DNA from: a virus
Lineage: Duplodnaviria > Caudoviricetes
Reading direction: 5' to 3' (one strand)
IMG/VR virus record: IMGVR_UViG_3300046000_011168
Span: 1 to 24,394 of that record
Length of the DNA: 24,394 nt
Shown here: in pieces, positions 22,779-24,394 of the stretch
How the letters are laid out: every line of letters starts with the position of its first letter
Numbering within the stretch: the stretch's first letter is position 1
Made by a program: the position numbers and the translations under genes
Notes under the pieces: generated by a model
Told to the model about the DNA's origin: nothing
The model's input: only the letters and a program-made list of their open reading frames with translations
Database searches by the model: none

Positions 22779-23648
22779 CTATTTTTGTAAAACTGGCGAG
22801 AAGTGCGTAGTTCTACCGTCGTCTAGAGTAATACGACTAATAGCATTGCCATACGGGTCTATTTTTTGCCCGTATACCATTACCTTACCAAGTCGAGCAT
22901 CTGCAATTTCTTTTACTGCAGAAGCGTATCTTACATACTTACCCTCAGAATTGTAGATATCGGAATAGCTCTGAATAGTTGAACCTCCCGTTTCATACGC
23001 AGTTCTGAGTACTTGCACTACGGCATTATACAGGGTTAGTAGCTCTTCTCTAGAACAAGATGACACAAGCCTAGCTGGATGCAAACGAGCTAGGAAAAGA
23101 CTTTCACTCTTATAGATGTTTCCAACTCCGCTGACGACACTCTGCGTCATGAGAAAGTTCACTAGACTTTTACGTTTATGTCGAGCCGCAATATCTAACC
23201 ACTGCTCTTCACTGCAAGGCTCGTTAAGCATATCAGGACCAATAGCCAAAAGCTTACGATTTAGCTCGCTGGTACCGCGTATAAACTTAAGAGTACCAAA
23301 ATTACGCATATCGCTAAAGTAAACACGGCTTTCAACTTGAATATCTCCTAAATCGTGTAGGTAGTCAAACCTAACACGAGCATAAGGATTAGTTGAAATT
23401 TTAAAAGAGCCAGACATGCCAAGAGTAATAAATACGTAATGGTCTTGTTCTAGGCTCATATAGATAAACTTACCCTTGTTGTTTACACTAAGAATTTGTC
23501 TAGGCAAACGAGAGGTAAAGTCTTCATACCCTTCTGGCAGAGACTTTAAATACCTGCCAGAAAGAATGTCTACATCAGTTAGGTATGCGTTTTTTAGGAT
23601 AGAGTTAAGCTGAACAGCTACAGTTGTGCACTCAGGGCCTTCAGGCAT
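22779..23648 (-). CDS. Fpg/Nei-family DNA glycosylase/AP lyase (zincless)
   Basis: True start MPEGPE at 23648; KGKFIY, LGMSG, DMRNFG, GVGNIYKSESLF (H2TH); C-terminal DDGRTTHF without the four Cys. Confidence 0.93.
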   Translation of the reverse strand: MPEGPECTTVAVQLNSILKNAYLTDVDILSGRYLKSLPEGYEDFTSRLPRQILSVNNKGKFIYMSLEQDHYVFITLGMSGSFKISTNPYARVRFDYLHDLGDIQVESRVYFSDMRNFGTLKFIRGTSELNRKLLAIGPDMLNEPCSEEQWLDIAARHKRKSLVNFLMTQSVVSGVGNIYKSESLFLARLHPARLVSSCSREELLTLYNAVVQVLRTAYETGGSTIQSYSDIYNSEGKYVRYASAVKEIADARLGKVMVYGQKIDPYGNAISRITLDDGRTTHFSPVLQK

Positions 23649-23967
23649 TTTGTTTCTCGAGGTTTTGATACCACGAATAATGATGGAAGGCCCAAGCGTA
23701 CTCTTGCTGCAGTTGACGCAGCTTGAGTTCATCTGAGTCTGTAGACTTCAGAATTTGCAACATAGCTGAAATAGCTTTCAGCAGTGGGTTAATAGTCTTT
23801 TTTTGATAATATCCGTAAGAACTAGCTGGATGAGTAGAAGTAAACTTAGAGTAGTAAGTAGGATTGTTAAGTTTAAGTAGACTCTTTTTCAGAGTTTCTA
23901 CGTTGAGAGTAGTTTTCAGTGAGTTAGCAAGTTCAAAGAATTCAATATCAAAGGTAGAGAAGTTCAT
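23641..23967 (-). CDS. Hypothetical protein
   Basis: 108-aa ORF overlapping its neighbours' ends. Confidence 0.7.
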   Translation of the reverse strand: MNFSTFDIEFFELANSLKTTLNVETLKKSLLKLNNPTYYSKFTSTHPASSYGYYQKKTINPLLKAISAMLQILKSTDSDELKLRQLQQEYAWAFHHYSWYQNLEKQNA

Positions 23968-24254
23968 TTGTTTCCTTTAGGTTGGGTTAAGTTAAGTTTT
24001 ATACGTCGGGACTCTGCTAATCTATGTCCCCAATATTCTTCATGTTTCACTTTACCAGATTTTTCCAAAAAGTCAATTGTAAAGTTAATTTTTTCTGCTG
24101 ATTGGTTCCAACTTTTTAGTTGAACGTCGTTTTGGATATGCGCGCGAACATCTTCCATCCAATCAATAGCTAAGTTAGGATTCCACTTAGCTATATTAGG
24201 AGATTCTCGCACTACTTGTTGAAAGTTCCAGGTATTTAATCCTTTTTGAGCCAT
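23964..24254 (-). CDS. Hypothetical protein
   Basis: 96-aa ORF with GAGGAG RBS. Confidence 0.75.
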   Translation of the reverse strand: MAQKGLNTWNFQQVVRESPNIAKWNPNLAIDWMEDVRAHIQNDVQLKSWNQSAEKINFTIDFLEKSGKVKHEEYWGHRLAESRRIKLNLTQPKGNK

Positions 24255-24278
24255 GATTGGTTCTCCTCAATTTTTTAT

Positions 24279-24306
24279 TTGACTTTATATTTTTTCCTAG
24301 TATAAT
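24279..24306 (+). promoter_or_regulatory. Sigma70-like promoter, divergent
   Basis: TTGACT-16 nt-TATAAT followed by GAGGT and ATG. Confidence 0.6.
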
Positions 24307-24325
24307 TAGTGTTGTGAGGTGCCCA

Positions 24326-24394
24326 ATGAGAATAATTGGAATTTACGACAGCTTAACACAAAAAGTGGTTCAAAAACAGGTAGCAGAACTAGTT
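24326..24394 (+). CDS. 5' fragment of a plus-strand gene
   Basis: GAGGT RBS, then MRIIGIYDSLTQKVVQKQVAELV open to the window edge. Confidence 0.6.
   Translation, partial: MRIIGIYDSLTQKVVQKQVAELV

Noticed and set aside
1-24394. Stop-codon reassignment
   Set aside because: Recognisable genes are full length under the standard code, end in TAA, TAG or TGA, and no suppressor tRNA is present.

Overview
A segment of a large, AT-rich dsDNA bacteriophage genome. Nearly all genes lie on the minus strand and a divergent plus-strand gene starts at the right edge. The host is probably an alphaproteobacterium (inferred from TspO, DUF1127 and a ROSE-like thermometer before the sHSP). The NAD-dependent ligase and a D3-like protein hint at a distant T5-like lineage, which is uncertain. 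From left to right: (1) a NodB-like deacetylase with a NodS-like methyltransferase; (2) an 11-tRNA array containing unusual tRNA-Thr(AGU) and long-variable-arm tRNA-Ile(UAU), two HNH nucleases (one apparently inserted into a tRNA gene, with an intact CAU tRNA overlapping its own 3' end), a PseT-like phosphatase, SAM decarboxylase and three unexplained structured non-coding RNAs, one ending in CCA; (3) NAD-dependent DNA ligase and small regulators; (4) a nucleotide-sugar/glycosylation cluster; (5) UvsE; (6) a very acidic protein, a repeat-containing homing endonuclease and about nine consecutive tiny, mostly Lys/Arg-rich ORFs including a split DUF5872-like protein; (7) PhoH, FkbM methyltransferase and an exonuclease; (8) a host-stress cassette (Hsp20, DUF1127, TspO); (9) a zincless Fpg/Nei glycosylase. 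All calls are from manual reading; no database searches were run.
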